Shown here: positions 24,905 to 38,793 of the stretch, in pieces
How positions within the stretch are numbered: the stretch's first letter is position 1
Layout: each line of letters opens with the position of its first letter
From: Lama guanicoe
Taxonomy: Eukaryota
Assembly (NCBI GenBank): GCA_013239625.1
Contig: MU053810.1
Location: 310,001-374,000 of the forward strand
DNA length: 64,000 nt
Direction: 5' to 3'
Made by a program: the position numbers and the translations under genes
The notes under the pieces: model-generated
The model's input: only the letters and a program-made list of their open reading frames with translations
The model's database searches: none
What the model was told of the DNA's origin: nothing

Positions 24905-27900
24905 AACAGAAACCTACGTTATTAGAGTTACAGATCTAATTTTACAGATTCAGAAATTGAACTTATCGAGGTTCAAGGACTTGTCCGAATCTCAAAGCCA
25001 GTGACTGCAGGTGCCAGGATACAAACCCAGGCGTACGGGATGGATGAAATGTCGCCACTGAGAAGGTAGCTAACAGTCACACCGTGGACATCGCGAGCGT
25101 CAGATGGAATGGTGTCACTTCATGCAGCGGGCAGGAAGGAGACATGGGGTTTTGAATAAATAGAGCACAAAACAGAGCTGATTAATATTCTCAGTCCGAT
25201 CCAATGTGTCGTAGGTAATTCTTTGTGCTTTTTTACATCATTTTGAACACAACCAGGTGAGCATCCTCCCTGTCAAAATGATATGATATGGCTTTCCCAT
25301 GCAGGAAATTCATTTAAGGCAAACGTTTCCCTACTTACATCCCTGACTGACACAAAATCAATCTCTACATTTCCCCTTGAAAATTCCCTTCTCTTTCTTT
25401 TTACTTCAGTGATTGTTCCCAACTGGCTGCAGCTCCCAACACTACCCAGACGAAATGGTCCATTTATCTTCCCATCTCTGAGCTGCAACTGGACAGATCC
25501 GTACATGAGGTTGGAGACAGAACTTGGTCAAGATGCAAGTTATTCAGCGCTTCTGTGTATTACAAAGTTCAGCATTGAGAGTAACTTCCCCTTCCCCAGA
25601 CAGATTACTGTGCGAATGAAGCTTCCCTAACCTAGATAATCACTGCCACTACCATTATCAACATCCTCCTCCTCTGTACTGCTTAGTGAAGCCTGATTAA
25701 AAGCTTACGATAAAAACTATTTGCCGATGGTTTTCTATTCCTACCAATAACCCTGCATGACAACACTGTACCCACTCCACTGCTGAGAAAACGGAAGTTC
25801 CAAGAGGTTAGCCTTTTTGCTAACCAGGTAATAAACTGACATCCCAACTTTGGTTTGACGTCAGAGTCACACTTTTTTAAGCTTAAAACTATGCCACCTC
25901 CTCAGGTGGAGTTAATTTCATAATTCAGGGAGAGTAAGAAGGCTGAGTGGGGTGCAGAGGTTTTTCTCACTGTATTTCTCCCCACCAAAAATTATCCAAA
26001 TTCTCACCCACACTGCGTCAGTGGTGACCTGGGCTATGATATGTTAAAATCACTAAAACTTTCTTAACCAGAGAACCCCAGTAACTCTGGCTTCCTTGTA
26101 AGTTTCTGACAGTGTTTGCCCATTTCAATCCCAAGGGCTGAGGCAGAAAGCTCTCCTCCCTGCCACTTCTGGAAACCCACCACTCTCCATTAAGGAGGAG
26201 GGAAGAATTTTTAATTCAGACTTTCCCAATGTTCCTAAGCCACTCCTCCATGTTTTTAAATTAGCCACCCCCCCCAATTGCCTTTCTGTCTTAGAATTCT
26301 ACATAATAATTTCCATTCCTTTCAAAAGTATAAAAACTCAGTTGACTCAAGACGGACCCTTGTGTTCCCCTCCCCTCCCTCAGAGAAGATCCCTTCTCTT
26401 TCTAAACTGCCCACACACTCCATTCGCCATTTCCCAATGAATGGAACCAACTTAATCTTCAAGTGCAATTGACAAGTTCTCCCATTTCCTGCAGCATAAT
26501 CACATTGCTGTTGTCCCAGCTGGAAAAAAAAGGGGAAATGTTCATCCGTCCGTCCGTAGGCACTAATGCCTTGCTGGAAAGCTTGATTTGCCATTCAACC
26601 ATGCACGCACGAAACTAATCGACTTGTTGCGAGGGGCTGATGATGACATTGTCTCTGGTGGAAAACAAGAGTACATGTGCCTGGTGGCTACCCACAAAAC
26701 AAAGAGCATCCTCTGAGATACCTCTGTACGAAAAATAAAGGCTAGAAGCATGGGGATACTCTTCGTTGGACTTTTCTCAATTACTTGGCCGTGGAGGTTA
26801 TGATCCATCATAGAGACGATGGAAAGGAATGGAGGGGCTGCTCTGCCCCCTACCAGTCCTCGCCAAGTCTCAAATGATGGGAACAGTGACCTGAATGTTT
26901 CAATGCCCAGTGAGGCCACTGGTCCTCTCTGCTTGGTTTCTCCCAATAGGACTGAGAAGCTCACGTCTCTCGCCTCATGCAGGGCGGATGCCTCCATTAG
27001 AAACCCCAAAACTCTCTTCCCCTGACACTGCACCATTCAAGGTCACACCCCTCTGAGAGTTATGGAAGGTACAACAGGGTCAACTCTGCAAACAATGAGA
27101 CTCCGCCGGCCTGGGTGACTTGAGGTTCCAAAAGGCTTGCCTGCCCCAAAATACCTCCCTGTATTGGCCCATGAATGTGCTTGAGCCCCGTCTTTGGTTA
27201 AGGAACACCCTACTGCCATCCCCTCTGAAGTCCAGGTGTATGGCCTGAGAGCACACCACATTCACACCTACTCAGCAGTACGTCCTCAGTGGCACTGGGG
27301 ACAAGCACAGTTTAACATCAGTCAGCTCCAGCCTGCGGAGAGGAACCCTGCCTTCAGGAAAACTGGAACCACACGCTGTCGCTGACCACTGCCCGCGGCC
27401 CTGCTTCCTGGAGGTGGTGAGGGGTGGGGGCCAACCTCCCCAAGTCCTGCAGCTGCCTGGAGAGCAGGTCCCACACCTGTGAGCCAGCAGAGGGGGAGGA
27501 GCTCAGGCCACTCAGTCAGCAGGCAGCCAGTGAGCATGCGGCACCAGGCTGAGGGGTGGGAGGTGGATGGAGTGAACCTTCTGCCCCGGTAAGCTCCCCG
27601 GTCAGTGAGAAGCGAGGCAGATGATAAACAAATACATCCATCAGGTGTTCGTTAAGAGCTGGAAACAAAGATAAAGCAAAGGGTAAGAAGGAAAAACCAA
27701 AACAGCATGTACATTTCTAGATGGGGTGGCGAGGCAGGCCTCTTTGCTGAGAACTAAACAGAACAAGGAAGAAGGCTGTAAACCTGTCTAGAAGAATTTT
27801 CCAGAAGGAAGAAACCACCAGGGAAAGACCCTGGGCTGGTACAGAGCAGGTGGCCAGGGGGTCTGGAGCTCTGGGAAGGAGGGAAGAGGGGGTCTGGGAA

Positions 27901-28564
27901 ATCCAGGCAGAGCATCAGGGCCTGTGGGCCAGCGTTCGGCAGGTTTGAGGGTTTTTCTGAGAGATGTGCAGAGCCATTGGTTAGAGGACACATTTTTCTT
28001 CCGAGTGCAAACCTTTTTCAAAAAGCACAAAGAACTGTGCCAAGCCCAGCATCGGCTTCACAAATGCCCATATTTGAGCGAAGTGAACCAGTCATGTTTG
28101 TACTCCCTAAAGAATAGAATTAATACCCACTGAGTCCAAGATTGTCTCGAAGCTGTGAGAAGGCCCTTCGTGCTTGCCCAAGTCATTTCATGACGCTGCT
28201 TCGCTGTGCCCCCGTGGGGCCTCAGTTTTGCCACCAACACGATGGAGAGGACACTCCACCATCGGCATCAAATAAGAGTTGTAAAGGCGATGAACTCCAA
28301 GCCTGCACTCAGACCCCACTGCGAGCAAGGGCGCAGATCCTCGCAGCCACAGCGCCCCTGCCCACACTCTGCACTGCGTCTTCTGCACAGGCTGGCTGCG
28401 CAGAGAACAAAACTGCCATTTCTGTATCTCATCACTAAGCTGCTGGATGCCTAGCAACTGGTCCGCACCTCCTCAGGCCCCTTCTGAAACTGGGACTTCA
28501 CCCTCATAATGACAAAGTCACTTCATAAAATCAAGGAAGGTTGTGGAAATGTATCTGAACTACA

Positions 28565-28597
28565 ACACACACACAGACACACACACACACACACACA
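28565..28597 (+). repeat. (CA)n microsatellite
   Basis: CA run with one GA interruption. Confidence 0.95.
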
Positions 28598-29259
28598 ATG
28601 TAACACTAAAACGATTTAACTTTCTTTTCTCATTTGCCACGTTCTTTGATGCTTCTGAAAATTGTGCTTAAAAATAGAAACTGGATCCGTACACTGTTTT
28701 CACCATTAAACCAGATCTACCTCGCGAGCAGCAGCAGAATGCACCTCCCTCCTCTAGTCTCTGCTGCCTTCCTTCCTCCTCCAGGAACAAATCACAGCGT
28801 CTCAACCTCCACGAATGACTGGATGGCAGAACGAAAGAGAGCAACTGTCAGTCTCCAGGAGGCGTCCATGCCAGCAGGTTCTTGAGGGAAAATATCACGG
28901 AGGATTACAATGGCCTTGTTTCCTTCCTTGACTTTTAAACAAAAATATCAATCGCAGCCTTCCTGCTAAGCGTGTGCGGCCGCTGGCGGCCTGTGCCTTT
29001 CTCTCTCTCTGGGAGCTTTGCAGGATTTGAACAGGAGAGATCAAAGTGTCAACTTTCAGAAGGAAAAGAGGAGAACACATGCCATGGCCTTGTTCCTCAG
29101 TAGAGCGTGTGATACAGCATCCAAGCAAACGACATTTGGTAAATGAGTTCAGGTGCCTTTGCCAGGCTGCATTTACATATTGAGGAAATCTGGGTTCTTT
29201 AAAGATGGTGCTTAAATTTCCCAGTTAAAAAATACCATAAAAAGGTTGGAAACCTTTTA

Positions 29260-30710
29260 GGAGAAAAGATTTAGAAGGTATGTGCAAGTTAACCTTCTTA
29301 AGCAGGGCACAAAACTGAAAAAATCCTAATGGAGGAGACAAAATATGCAAGCCTGATGAATTAAAAACGGGAGCATAGTAAAAGATACTTTAAGCAAAGT
29401 AAACAAACAAGCAAACAAAAGATAGGCTAGGGTGGAAACATGAATTTTCAGTAAAGCTGGAATGGTATATCCATACCATGGACTATTATACAGCTATCAA
29501 AAAGAATGAGTTAGAGTTATTATGTATTTATTTAGAGGGATGTAATATTCCAGATTATCGAGAGGGATATCATTGTAACCAGCCTATCAGTGCAACAAGC
29601 CTAAAATTGCAACCCATAAGACAGGGTTAATTCCTCTCTGACATCAAGGGCTTCCCACCAAGAGAACTCCAGGGGGGCACTGCTCACAGAAACCATGTCC
29701 AGTGGAGATGCTCTGGTCCTACAAATTGATATGGACCAGGACACAAATACAAAGTTCACAGAATGGCCGATGAACATATTAAAATATGCTCAGCCTTCCC
29801 AGTAGTCCAGAAAAATACTAAATAAAACCTCAAAGGAGTAGCTTTCTTCTCATCAGGCTGTGAAAAGGTCAATTTATGGGGGAAAGCTGCTGCCTCTAAA
29901 TTGCTACAACGTTTTTCAAAGCTAATCTGGCTATGCATGCTCAATTTCATTTTAGGAAATCTATCCCATAGAAATAAACACATTCTATACAGAGACATGC
30001 ATAAATATGACGATTGTAGCACTGTAGGAAGGAGAAAAGAATAAAATATGAATTTCCAGTGATACTGGAATGGTACATCAATATTGTGGAGTATTACATG
30101 GGGATGAAAAAGAATGGGTTAGAGTTATATCTATTTATCTAGAGGGATGTAATATCAAATTTCTCTATTGGGACATAAATGCCTTGAATAAGAAATAGAG
30201 GTATTCAGTGGAATAATCTGTGTCAGTTAAATTAAATGATGAGGTCTACTTGAATAAACAAGGATAAAATTCAAAAACATAATAATGGCTGAGAAAAAGC
30301 AGGTTACTAAAAGATACTATAGTATTGATTCAATTGATGTCACTGCATAAAACACAGACACACACACACACACACATACACACACACACCCCGATAATAT
30401 GAAGCCCTATATTGTAAGACGGACAGTATATACATATGTAGTGAAGTGTAAAGACACACAATAAGAATGCACACTCACCAGCTTCCGGTACAGGCTGTTT
30501 GGGGCTGGGGAGGAGGGGGTTGCAAAAGAACATGACATGTATCTGTAACTGTATCCTGTCTCCGTAACATTTGTTTGAGACGTCTAAGGCAAAGATGGCA
30601 AAATGTTAATTAACACTTGCTCAGTCTGGGTGGTGGGTACACAGCAGTCTGTTCATTTTTCTGTACTTTATGCCAAAGTTGAAATATTTCATGATATTAT
30701 TTTAATTTAA
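29260..30710 (+). mobile_element. Ancient L1 (L1ME-like): degenerate ORF2 end and 3' UTR
   Basis: gaatggccgatgaacatattaaaatatgctcagccttcccagtagtccagaaaaatac..., ttttaggaaatctatcccatagaaat, tctgggtggtgggtacacagcagtctgttc...gttgaaatatttcat. Confidence 0.7.
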
Positions 30711-32019
30711 CCAAAGGCATAATAGACAACAGTGCTTTCAGCAAACGGCAGAATTGGGGACACATCAGGAAGGAAGCTGTGGGTCCCAGTTTCCTTAAGA
30801 CAGTCCCCATCATGTCTACCCCCTTCCCAGCATAGCAATAAGCATGCTCAGTGCTCACTGCCCATAGTATTGGGCCACATTACTTAACCTCTAATTTCTC
30901 AGTTCAGTGGAGATGGTGACACCACGAACCTCATGGGGCCATTGGGAGGATTAAATAAAGAGATGGAAATTACCCACTTACTCCCTGGTGTGATCAATAT
31001 ATTTTAATTATTCTGATGAGGCAACGGGCCCTAAAACAAAAACATGCACCAAATATTCCAAGAACTCAGAGGAAAAAGAGAACAAAACTTGCCCTGGCCA
31101 GAATGGAGCACTGAACTTCCGCAAAGCAGGGGCATTTGAGTAATCTTTTCAGCATGGGAATTTTCCAGAGTAAGCTTTGACCTAGAGAAGGGAGGGTCTT
31201 ATCCAGGTTCAGAGTCTGCAGCCAGGGTTAGAACACGACTACAGAGGCCTGGAGGTCCTCGGGATGGCCTGTGCATGCCAGCCAGAAAGTTTTACCTTTC
31301 ATTCTGGCCTCCTGATCTTTGACTATTTGGCAGAGGGCTTCTTGGCTGTTCTCACGAGGAGGACACATCACTCACCAGGGCGTAGCTGACCACTAGTGAT
31401 GATGGCAGAAGAGATGAAAGTCCCTGCTTTCACATGTTTAAAGAGCAAAACCCAAGATCCAGGAAGCACAGAACAAATAAAAACAAGTCACTGTTGAATT
31501 AAGAGCTGAATCTGGTGGGATGGACAAGAAGTGGGAGAATGGAGAAATCGTCAGACGCCGAAGGACAAGATCTGATCCGGGTGGCCAGAACAAGAAGAGT
31601 CCCTGTGGGAAACAGGAGCAGGAGCTGTGTCCGGCCGTGGCTGAGGCTGTTACCAGTGCGTCTGAATGTCTGTCCCAGTAACAGAATCCTGATGATACGG
31701 GGGCTGAGATGTGCCCAGTGGCTAGCCGCTTCCCTTTTGTCCCAGACACAGAGCTGGACTCTAGTTCCCAGCCTTGCAGGTATGTAGGACCACGAGGCAG
31801 AGCTCTGGCCAAAGGGGCCTAAATGGATGGTGTGGGCCCCTTCCAGGCTGGCCCAGAGACATCCCACACGTGACCCTCCATCCTCATTTGCCACCTGCCC
31901 ACTCGACACAGAGGACTGCCGGTCCTAAAGGAAGGTAGAGTCACAGAGGCGTGGAATCTGGGTCTAAAATTTGCGGGTTTATTCATTCCAACAGCTAACA
32001 TGATTCCAGTATGTCGAGC

Positions 32020-32410
32020 TGCCAAGCCAGCTTCCCTTTCAGCTAGAGGTGGTCAATGAGATTTAAGCCAAAGCCATCGTGTGAGGCTCATAGAAGACTC
32101 TTGAAAGGAGGCTGACTTGCTGTGACGCCTGTTTCTCTGCCCCTTGCCTTCCCTTTGCTTCTGGAATAAGAACGTGATGGCTGGATCTCCAGCAGTCAGT
32201 TATGAACTTTAGGAGAGACGTTTTTGCTAATGGCGACAGAAGAGAAAGCTAGGGAGAACCCCAGTTTCTGTGTCTTCATAGGGCCACCATGCTAGACCTG
32301 GATTCCCTATTTTAAAAAACTCTTTTACATGAAATAATAAACCAAAAATCTGTTCATACCATGTAAGTAGGAACTCTGTCACCATCTGCCAAATCAACAT
32401 CTTTACTAAC
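32020..32410 (+). mobile_element. Old MaLR LTR (MLT1J/K-like)
   Basis: ccagcttccctttcagctagaggtgg...gtgatggctggatctccagcagtc...cttttacatgaaataataaacc...actaaca. Confidence 0.55.
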
Positions 32411-34689
32411 AAAATGGACATAAGAAGTAGCCAGTTAGAGTGGAGGGTCTGTGTCGTATTGAAGACACATGAGAATAGAGGAAAATCGGGGAGATAATAC
32501 AAAGCCATTAAAATCATGGCATATAAAACTAAAGAAGCATGGAAAACTTTAAAAAGGAGAGCACAAAGGACACTGGGACTTTACAGGAAACACAACTGGA
32601 AGGTTTTGGCCAGAAAATCGGGCTTTAAAAGGATAAACTCAAGACTGGTCAGTCTATGAAAGAGTATTGCACCCCATTACAGGATAATGACCAGGAGATG
32701 TAACATGAAGTGATGTGTGAGACACTTCCTTCATTCACATAATCTCACAACCAGACAAACAAACGCAAGGGCGAGAGGGTTCAGGGCAGAGAAACACCAA
32801 TCACTTGCCCATAAACTGCGACGCATTCAGAAAGATCAGTCTTGAAAACTAAAATGAAAAGAATTAAACCTGACTCTTACGGCCAAGCGATCAATCAGTA
32901 TCTGTTGAATGAATGAAAGGAGATGATACACATTTTTTTGAAGCCTCCACAGCAAAGAAGAAAAAGCACAAGGTGTTCTATTAAATTAAGAAAAAGCAGC
33001 CCAATGATGAATGGAGAAAACTAAGATGGTTCTCTTCTAGGAATGATTCATCTGCTCAATAATGTACCCAGGGAGGGTATTATCAAGTGGAAATGATCAG
33101 CTGGCCTGGCCAAAGCTCTCCACCATGCAGTGTTGAGAATATCCTTTCCTGGGAATTTCTGGATCAGTGACCTGTTAGAAGTGACCCAGGAGTGACTTCT
33201 CTGATTCCTAGATGATAAATCTTTGTAATTAGAGACAGAAAATCTCCTTTGCCTTTATTATCAATTCCCTGGCCTCAATTATTACACCCAAACTCATCAT
33301 TTCACAGTTATTTACCACATCAACCATCCCCTGAGGAAAGCCAGCAAAAGTCATTTTTTAGTTTCTGACCGACCCACATAGAACATTATGAGAAGACTAT
33401 TGCTAGGAAACAAAGGAAGGAAAAGCAGAGTCAGGTGAGAGCAATTTTAAGTCTTGTTTCAGGTATAATTACTCTGCATTTGATGATTTCTCATTTTGAC
33501 ACGGAAGATGAATCTTGAACCATTGCCCTGCCGTGCTGTTTTGTGCAATATGGGTTTGGCTTGGTTTGGTTTTGTTCAGTTCTGATGATTCTCTGTAGTC
33601 TGTCCTGCTCCAGGGCAGTTCACAATGACAGACACTGGATTCATTGTGTTCATCATTAGTAACTTGGTTCCAAATAATTGGACTTTGCCTGCAGACAATA
33701 CGCTTAAGCAAATGTGATGCATACAGATGAGAAAGGGCCAGAGCACGAGGAAACGTCAGAGGCTGGTAATTTCCACGCATCCCCAGCAACCATTATCTCA
33801 TTTCAGCACAACGCAGAAGGCGGGTGAACACACTGTGGCAGGTTGCTGGAGAGAGCCTTGCTTTTTTGCCTGACCGGGTCCCTAAGACACGCTACATCCT
33901 CCTGAAGAAACACAAGTATCAGCAGCTCATCATCAGATGGCAACGGTCTGGCCACTGAAGCCCAAAGCAAGGATACAGACGTTCGTGTCAATGTCACGCA
34001 CCTTCCACTTCCTGCTTTATTTGCCACAAGGAAGCCTGACGTTTAAGGTCCTTTCACCCTGTGCTCTAATGATCTGATCCTGGATAATCTCAGACTTCTG
34101 ATCACCTCTGTCTCCAGACTACTGATGGAAGTGAAGGGAGGAAGCTTCAGATTGCAGAAAGATGGACTAGGGCCACAAAAGTAATGCACAAGAATGGTCC
34201 TTGGCCCTTTTCCCATGAGAACCACGGCTCCCCCTCCACCCCCAAGGCCGTGAGGAACTTCCTGTAAACCCTTCTAAGTCCTGTATAAATCACGACGGGA
34301 CTTTCATGCTTCTCTGTTTGTTAAACTGTTAGTGTGCAAATTAGCAAGATGATTTTCCCACCAAAATGTCTACCATGCTGAATGGGGATCCCAGTCAATT
34401 TTAGATCGCAGACTGTTAGACTTGGACTTGACTTAAACATCATCAAGTTCAATACCTCATTTCCCAGGAAAGGAAACGGGGTCAAGAAAGGTTGAGCAAC
34501 TGGCCCAAGGCCCAGGCACTTACAACACTGGGGTCATAATTCAGTCTAGTGCTTTCCTCAAATGAGATGTTCACATTTGCCTTGCAGGTTAGACTCCCCA
34601 AGGCTCCCCATTCACAGCCTGAAGGGAGAGAGCAGCTTAACCGTGTTCTTTGTGCTGAGGCCAACAGCCTCCCAGTTCATCAAGGAGCA

Positions 34690-34915
34690 GCATTTAGGAG
34701 TGCACGACCCCTGGAGCATGCCAGACCTTAGTGTGAATCCCTACACCAGCACCAAAGAGCTGTGCATGTTTGGGGCAGTAACTTAACCACTCTGAGCCTC
34801 AGGTTCCCCATGCATGGAATAGGGATACGATTCCCTTCCTTTGAATGGCAGTTAAGCTTTATGTGCTTATATATCTTACAGGCACATTACCCAGCTCAAT
34901 ACTCCATGACCGGTT
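34690..34915 (+). mobile_element. MIR SINE
   Basis: gccagaccttagtgtgaatccc...ggggcagtaacttaaccactctgagcctcaggttccccatgcatggaatagggat. Confidence 0.7.
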
Positions 34916-35435
34916 GGATAAATATCTTTTTCACAAGTATATAAGAGAAAAAAAATTTACCTTTCAATTGTTTCCATTTCTAAAGCCTTACCTCCAGGAA
35001 GCCTAGGACAATGGATCTCCCTTCATCAGTGTAATATAGAGGGAAAGAATCTTATCTATTCTCATCCACAGTTAATTCTAATTATCCTGAAAGGCTTATG
35101 AGTACCTAGCCCTAGAGAAAAATCTTTAAAATATATATTGGCTTAAGGATTTTTTTCTTCATGACTTTTCACAGCCCTCATATTTTAAAAATGTATTGGC
35201 TTAAAGCATGTGCTCTCTTGATCTGCAGTGATGAACAAAATTTGTTAAGTGACCTCTGTCCACTCCATAAAGGAATATCCAGCTCCGTGTGGTTCACCTT
35301 TAATGGCCTTAGGAAACAGACCAACAGATCCATTAATTAACACTCATGAACGCTGGCTACTGACAGCATTTTACATCACCTAAATCAAACCATGGCAAAT
35401 ATACATTTTGCAACCTGGAAATAAAGACTCACAGG

Positions 35436-35482
35436 TAGGGTGACCCTTTGTCCCAGTCTGCCCAGGACGGTCCCAGTATAAT
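35436..35482. mobile_element. hAT-Blackjack (MER81/MER94-like) terminal fragment
   Basis: tagggtgaccctttgtcccagtctgcccaggacggtcccagt. Confidence 0.5.
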
Positions 35483-36349
35483 GACTACTAGGGCCCCCTG
35501 CACTCAGAAAATGTATCCCAATTGGAATACAACATAGTACATGGTATGTACACACATGTACATGATATGCAATGCAACATATTACATGACAATTACACGT
35601 ACGATCAGAATGCAGGAAATATTCACAGGTAGGAAATGCTCAGTAAAGACATGTGACTGAATACTGACCCAAGTGTGGCACTTTTGTTGGGCAAGTTACC
35701 TATCATCTCAAAAATCCCCCCAAAATGGGGACCACAGCACCTATTTTGCAAGGTTATTTAGAACATCAGAGAGGTGCCCTGCAGAGTCCCTGGGATATTT
35801 GTGTCCTATAAACACAGTTATGATGATGATAATGAAGATACAGATTTCATCAATTTCACTTTCTAGAACTATTTCCTTATGCATAACAACTACCATTCAT
35901 ATACCATTTTACCTTTGACAAGGTGCTTTCCGATACCTCACGATGTGTGATCTATAAAATCAGGAGGTGAATTTAGACCTGGTGTGTCTCTTCCAGCTCT
36001 AACCTCCTATGATTCTACTATTCCAAGATTTACTGGGTAGGAATGTACTGCGCCTTCCAGAGAAGGCAGGAACAATCACTGAAACTATCACTTCTCTGTT
36101 CTAGAGAATTCAATTGCCACCTCTCTGGCAAGTCACCTGGCTTTTCTCCAATTTCCTACACGCAGAATGAACACACTTGGTATCTTAGAATGGGAAATGC
36201 GATGTGTTCACAAAGGCGTTTCATCCTGAAGGTGATCTGTACATGTATCACTATAGTAATTTTCTAGCTAGCTTGTGCAAGTATGTGACAGGTAAGTGTT
36301 GGTAATAATAAGATAGCGTCATCATTGTTATTATTATTATATAATTGTA

Positions 36350-36585
36350 GTTATGTGTAAGGACTTTTGAACCAGACAGCCTCGGTAGCTGCTCCATTGA
36401 CTAGCTCTGTGACCTTGGGCAAGTTAATTTCCCCAAGGAGGTATCACCATCTGCAAAATGGGAATAATATTACCTACCTAATAATACTATGTACCCACTA
36501 CAGTTGCTGCAAGGATTAAATGGGTTAATATGTGTGGCACTTAGAACCATGCCTGGCACTTAAAGCATTCAATAACTATTGTTTC
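36350..36585 (+). mobile_element. MIR SINE
   Basis: actagctctgtgaccttgggcaagttaattt...catctgcaaaatgggaataat...aggattaaatgggttaata...cttagaaccatgcctggcac. Confidence 0.85.
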
Positions 36586-36634
36586 TTGTCACTGTTAACA
36601 ACATCATTGTTCTCTCCAATATATATTATTAAGT

Positions 36635-36683
36635 AAAAAACAAAAACAAAAACAAAAACAAAAACAAAAACAAACAGAAAACA
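36635..36683 (+). repeat. (AAAAAC)n hexamer repeat
   Basis: aaaaaacaaaaacaaaaacaaaaacaaaaacaaaaacaaac. Confidence 0.9.
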
Positions 36684-38519
36684 AGTGCCAAGCAAATACT
36701 ATGCTACTGTTTGTTTTTCAAAAGAGTATGTAAGACTTGCAGGACCAGCCAAGATGAATAAGCCAACGAAAACGTCTCTTTCCCACTGATTACGACAAAA
36801 ATCTCTGCACGGAACACAGAAGCCAACTTCTTGAGGACCCTGAAGAGCAAACAGTATCAGACAGACTGAGAGGGAAGTTAAAAATCGAAGACACACACAT
36901 TGGCAAGTTTCCTGGATTAAATTTTCCTCCATTATCTCTTGGCTTTGATCCGAAGGTGCATCTAATCAAGGAAGTGCACCGTGGGAGATGGAAACAAAAA
37001 CTACAGGAAAACTCTCCTCTTTCTGGCTAGATGACTAGGAAAAGGAGCTCCTAAAAAACAAAGAGTGTGATGGGAGATTCTGGATTTTTTTTTCCTCTTT
37101 TTTCCCTTCCTGCCCTGATGTCAGGCCGCACCTAATCATGGTGCTGCACTACTGCTAGACCTCACTAGTGTCTAAAAGCCCAAGAGATACCCCATCTCAT
37201 CAGCCAAAGGAACTGGGAAAGGGGAGCCCCGTGCTCAAAGACTGCAAGAGGATGCTGGTTCTTTTTGTTCTCTTTCTTTCCGCATTGCTTCACCCTGAGG
37301 TACAACAGAGCTGCACAACCACACAAGTCCCAGGCCACCCACGAGACACGCACATGTGACTACATGACTTGAGACAAGTAACTTCAGTTTTCTTATCTGT
37401 TAAAGGGAAATAAAACTCCTACCTCATTGTCGTTGTGGGAATTAAATTAGATACTGTGAGTCCACAAGGCAGCATATGGTAGACGAGAACGGAGTGGACG
37501 TTATTTTCTATCATTAAATTTTTGTTTACTCCAGGTGTGGTCCAAGGGGGACCTCAACTGCTATGAAGTTTGCATATTAATAGACAGAGGGCTAAATATA
37601 AGCCATCGAGGTGAGTGCAGGGCGACCCTCCGGCTAGTCATCCGCCCTGCGTTACTGCATTCCATTTCCCTCTTGCCTCATGAGCGCAGTCTGGTGAAAT
37701 AACTAACTGTTGTTAGCATGAGCATTAATGAAACCTTAATGGTCCCACACTGCTCTCCAGATGAAAAGCACTTCCAGGTCCCTTATGTCGCTACCTCATC
37801 ACAACAACCCAGGGAAGCTCTGATCTCTCCGAGACGCAGTGACAAGGGCCCGCATGGAGAAGGTGTAATTTACAAGGCTCTCAGGGCGAAGCTCAGCCCA
37901 CCACTGCCGGCGGCTGGACTACAGGGGGAGCTCGCGTGTGATCTGAGCACAGAAGACGGATGTGGACACACAACCACATCCATCACCAGAGTCTTCACTT
38001 TAAATAGAGGCTAAGGCATCATTGGTTCATCAAATATCTGTTAAACACTTCTGATGAAGACGTCAAGGTGCCCAACCTCAGGAGGTTCACATCTCCTAAC
38101 GGGCCTTCCTCTGCGGGGCTGCAGCTCATTATGACTCAGTTAACCAGCAGGTTAGGCTCAGAAGGTCCACGCATTTATGGTAACACAGTGCCCATCTGCA
38201 AAGGCTCACATGATTTAATTCGTCCCATCCCGAGAACTCAAAGGTGACATATAATGACTCCTGCAGATAGCATTGAGGAAGGACAGGAAAAAGACCTTGA
38301 GCAGGCAGAAAAATTAGAGGCTAGTCAACAAAGCCAGCAAAATGCCCATCCAGGCAACTGCACCCAGGAACACTTGGCCTGCGTCCCCACCAGAACCTCC
38401 TCCTCTGGGGCTGACCCGAGTGGTAAATCCAGACCTCTGATATACATCGTGGGACGGCACTACAATCTCAGCTGTGTTCTTGGAGGGCTGTGCTCCTTAC
38501 TGCTCAGGAAAAGAAAACG

Positions 38520-38793
38520 CAGTCGGTCCTTGGTGTTGGAGGGAGTCTACATTCTCAAACAACCATGGATGGAAAATATTTGGGGAAAAAAATTCCCAAA
38601 AAGCGAAACTTGCATTTGCCACATACCGGCAATTATTTACACAGCATTCACACTGTTTTAGGAGGAACCTAGAGATGATTTAAAGGATGTGCATAGGTTA
38701 TACGTAAATACTATGCTGTTTTATAGAAGGGACTTAAGCATCCTCAGAATTGGTACCTGTGGGGTCCTGGAACCAATCCCCCACGGACGACTG
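38520..38793. mobile_element. Tigger3/MER2-group TcMar DNA transposon fossil
   Basis: cagtcggtcc...aaccatggatggaaaatatttgg...ctagagatgatttaaag...gtgcataggttatacgtaaatactatgctgttttatagaagggacttaagcatcc...ggtcctggaaccaatcccccacggacgactg. Confidence 0.75.

Noticed and set aside
26563..27036. 157-aa minus-strand ORF
   Set aside because: No similarity to CAMK1D or any family I recognise, and no convincing exon boundaries.
31156..31166. NF-kB-like site GGGAATTTTCC
   Set aside because: An isolated short motif, expected by chance in 64 kb, with no supporting cluster.
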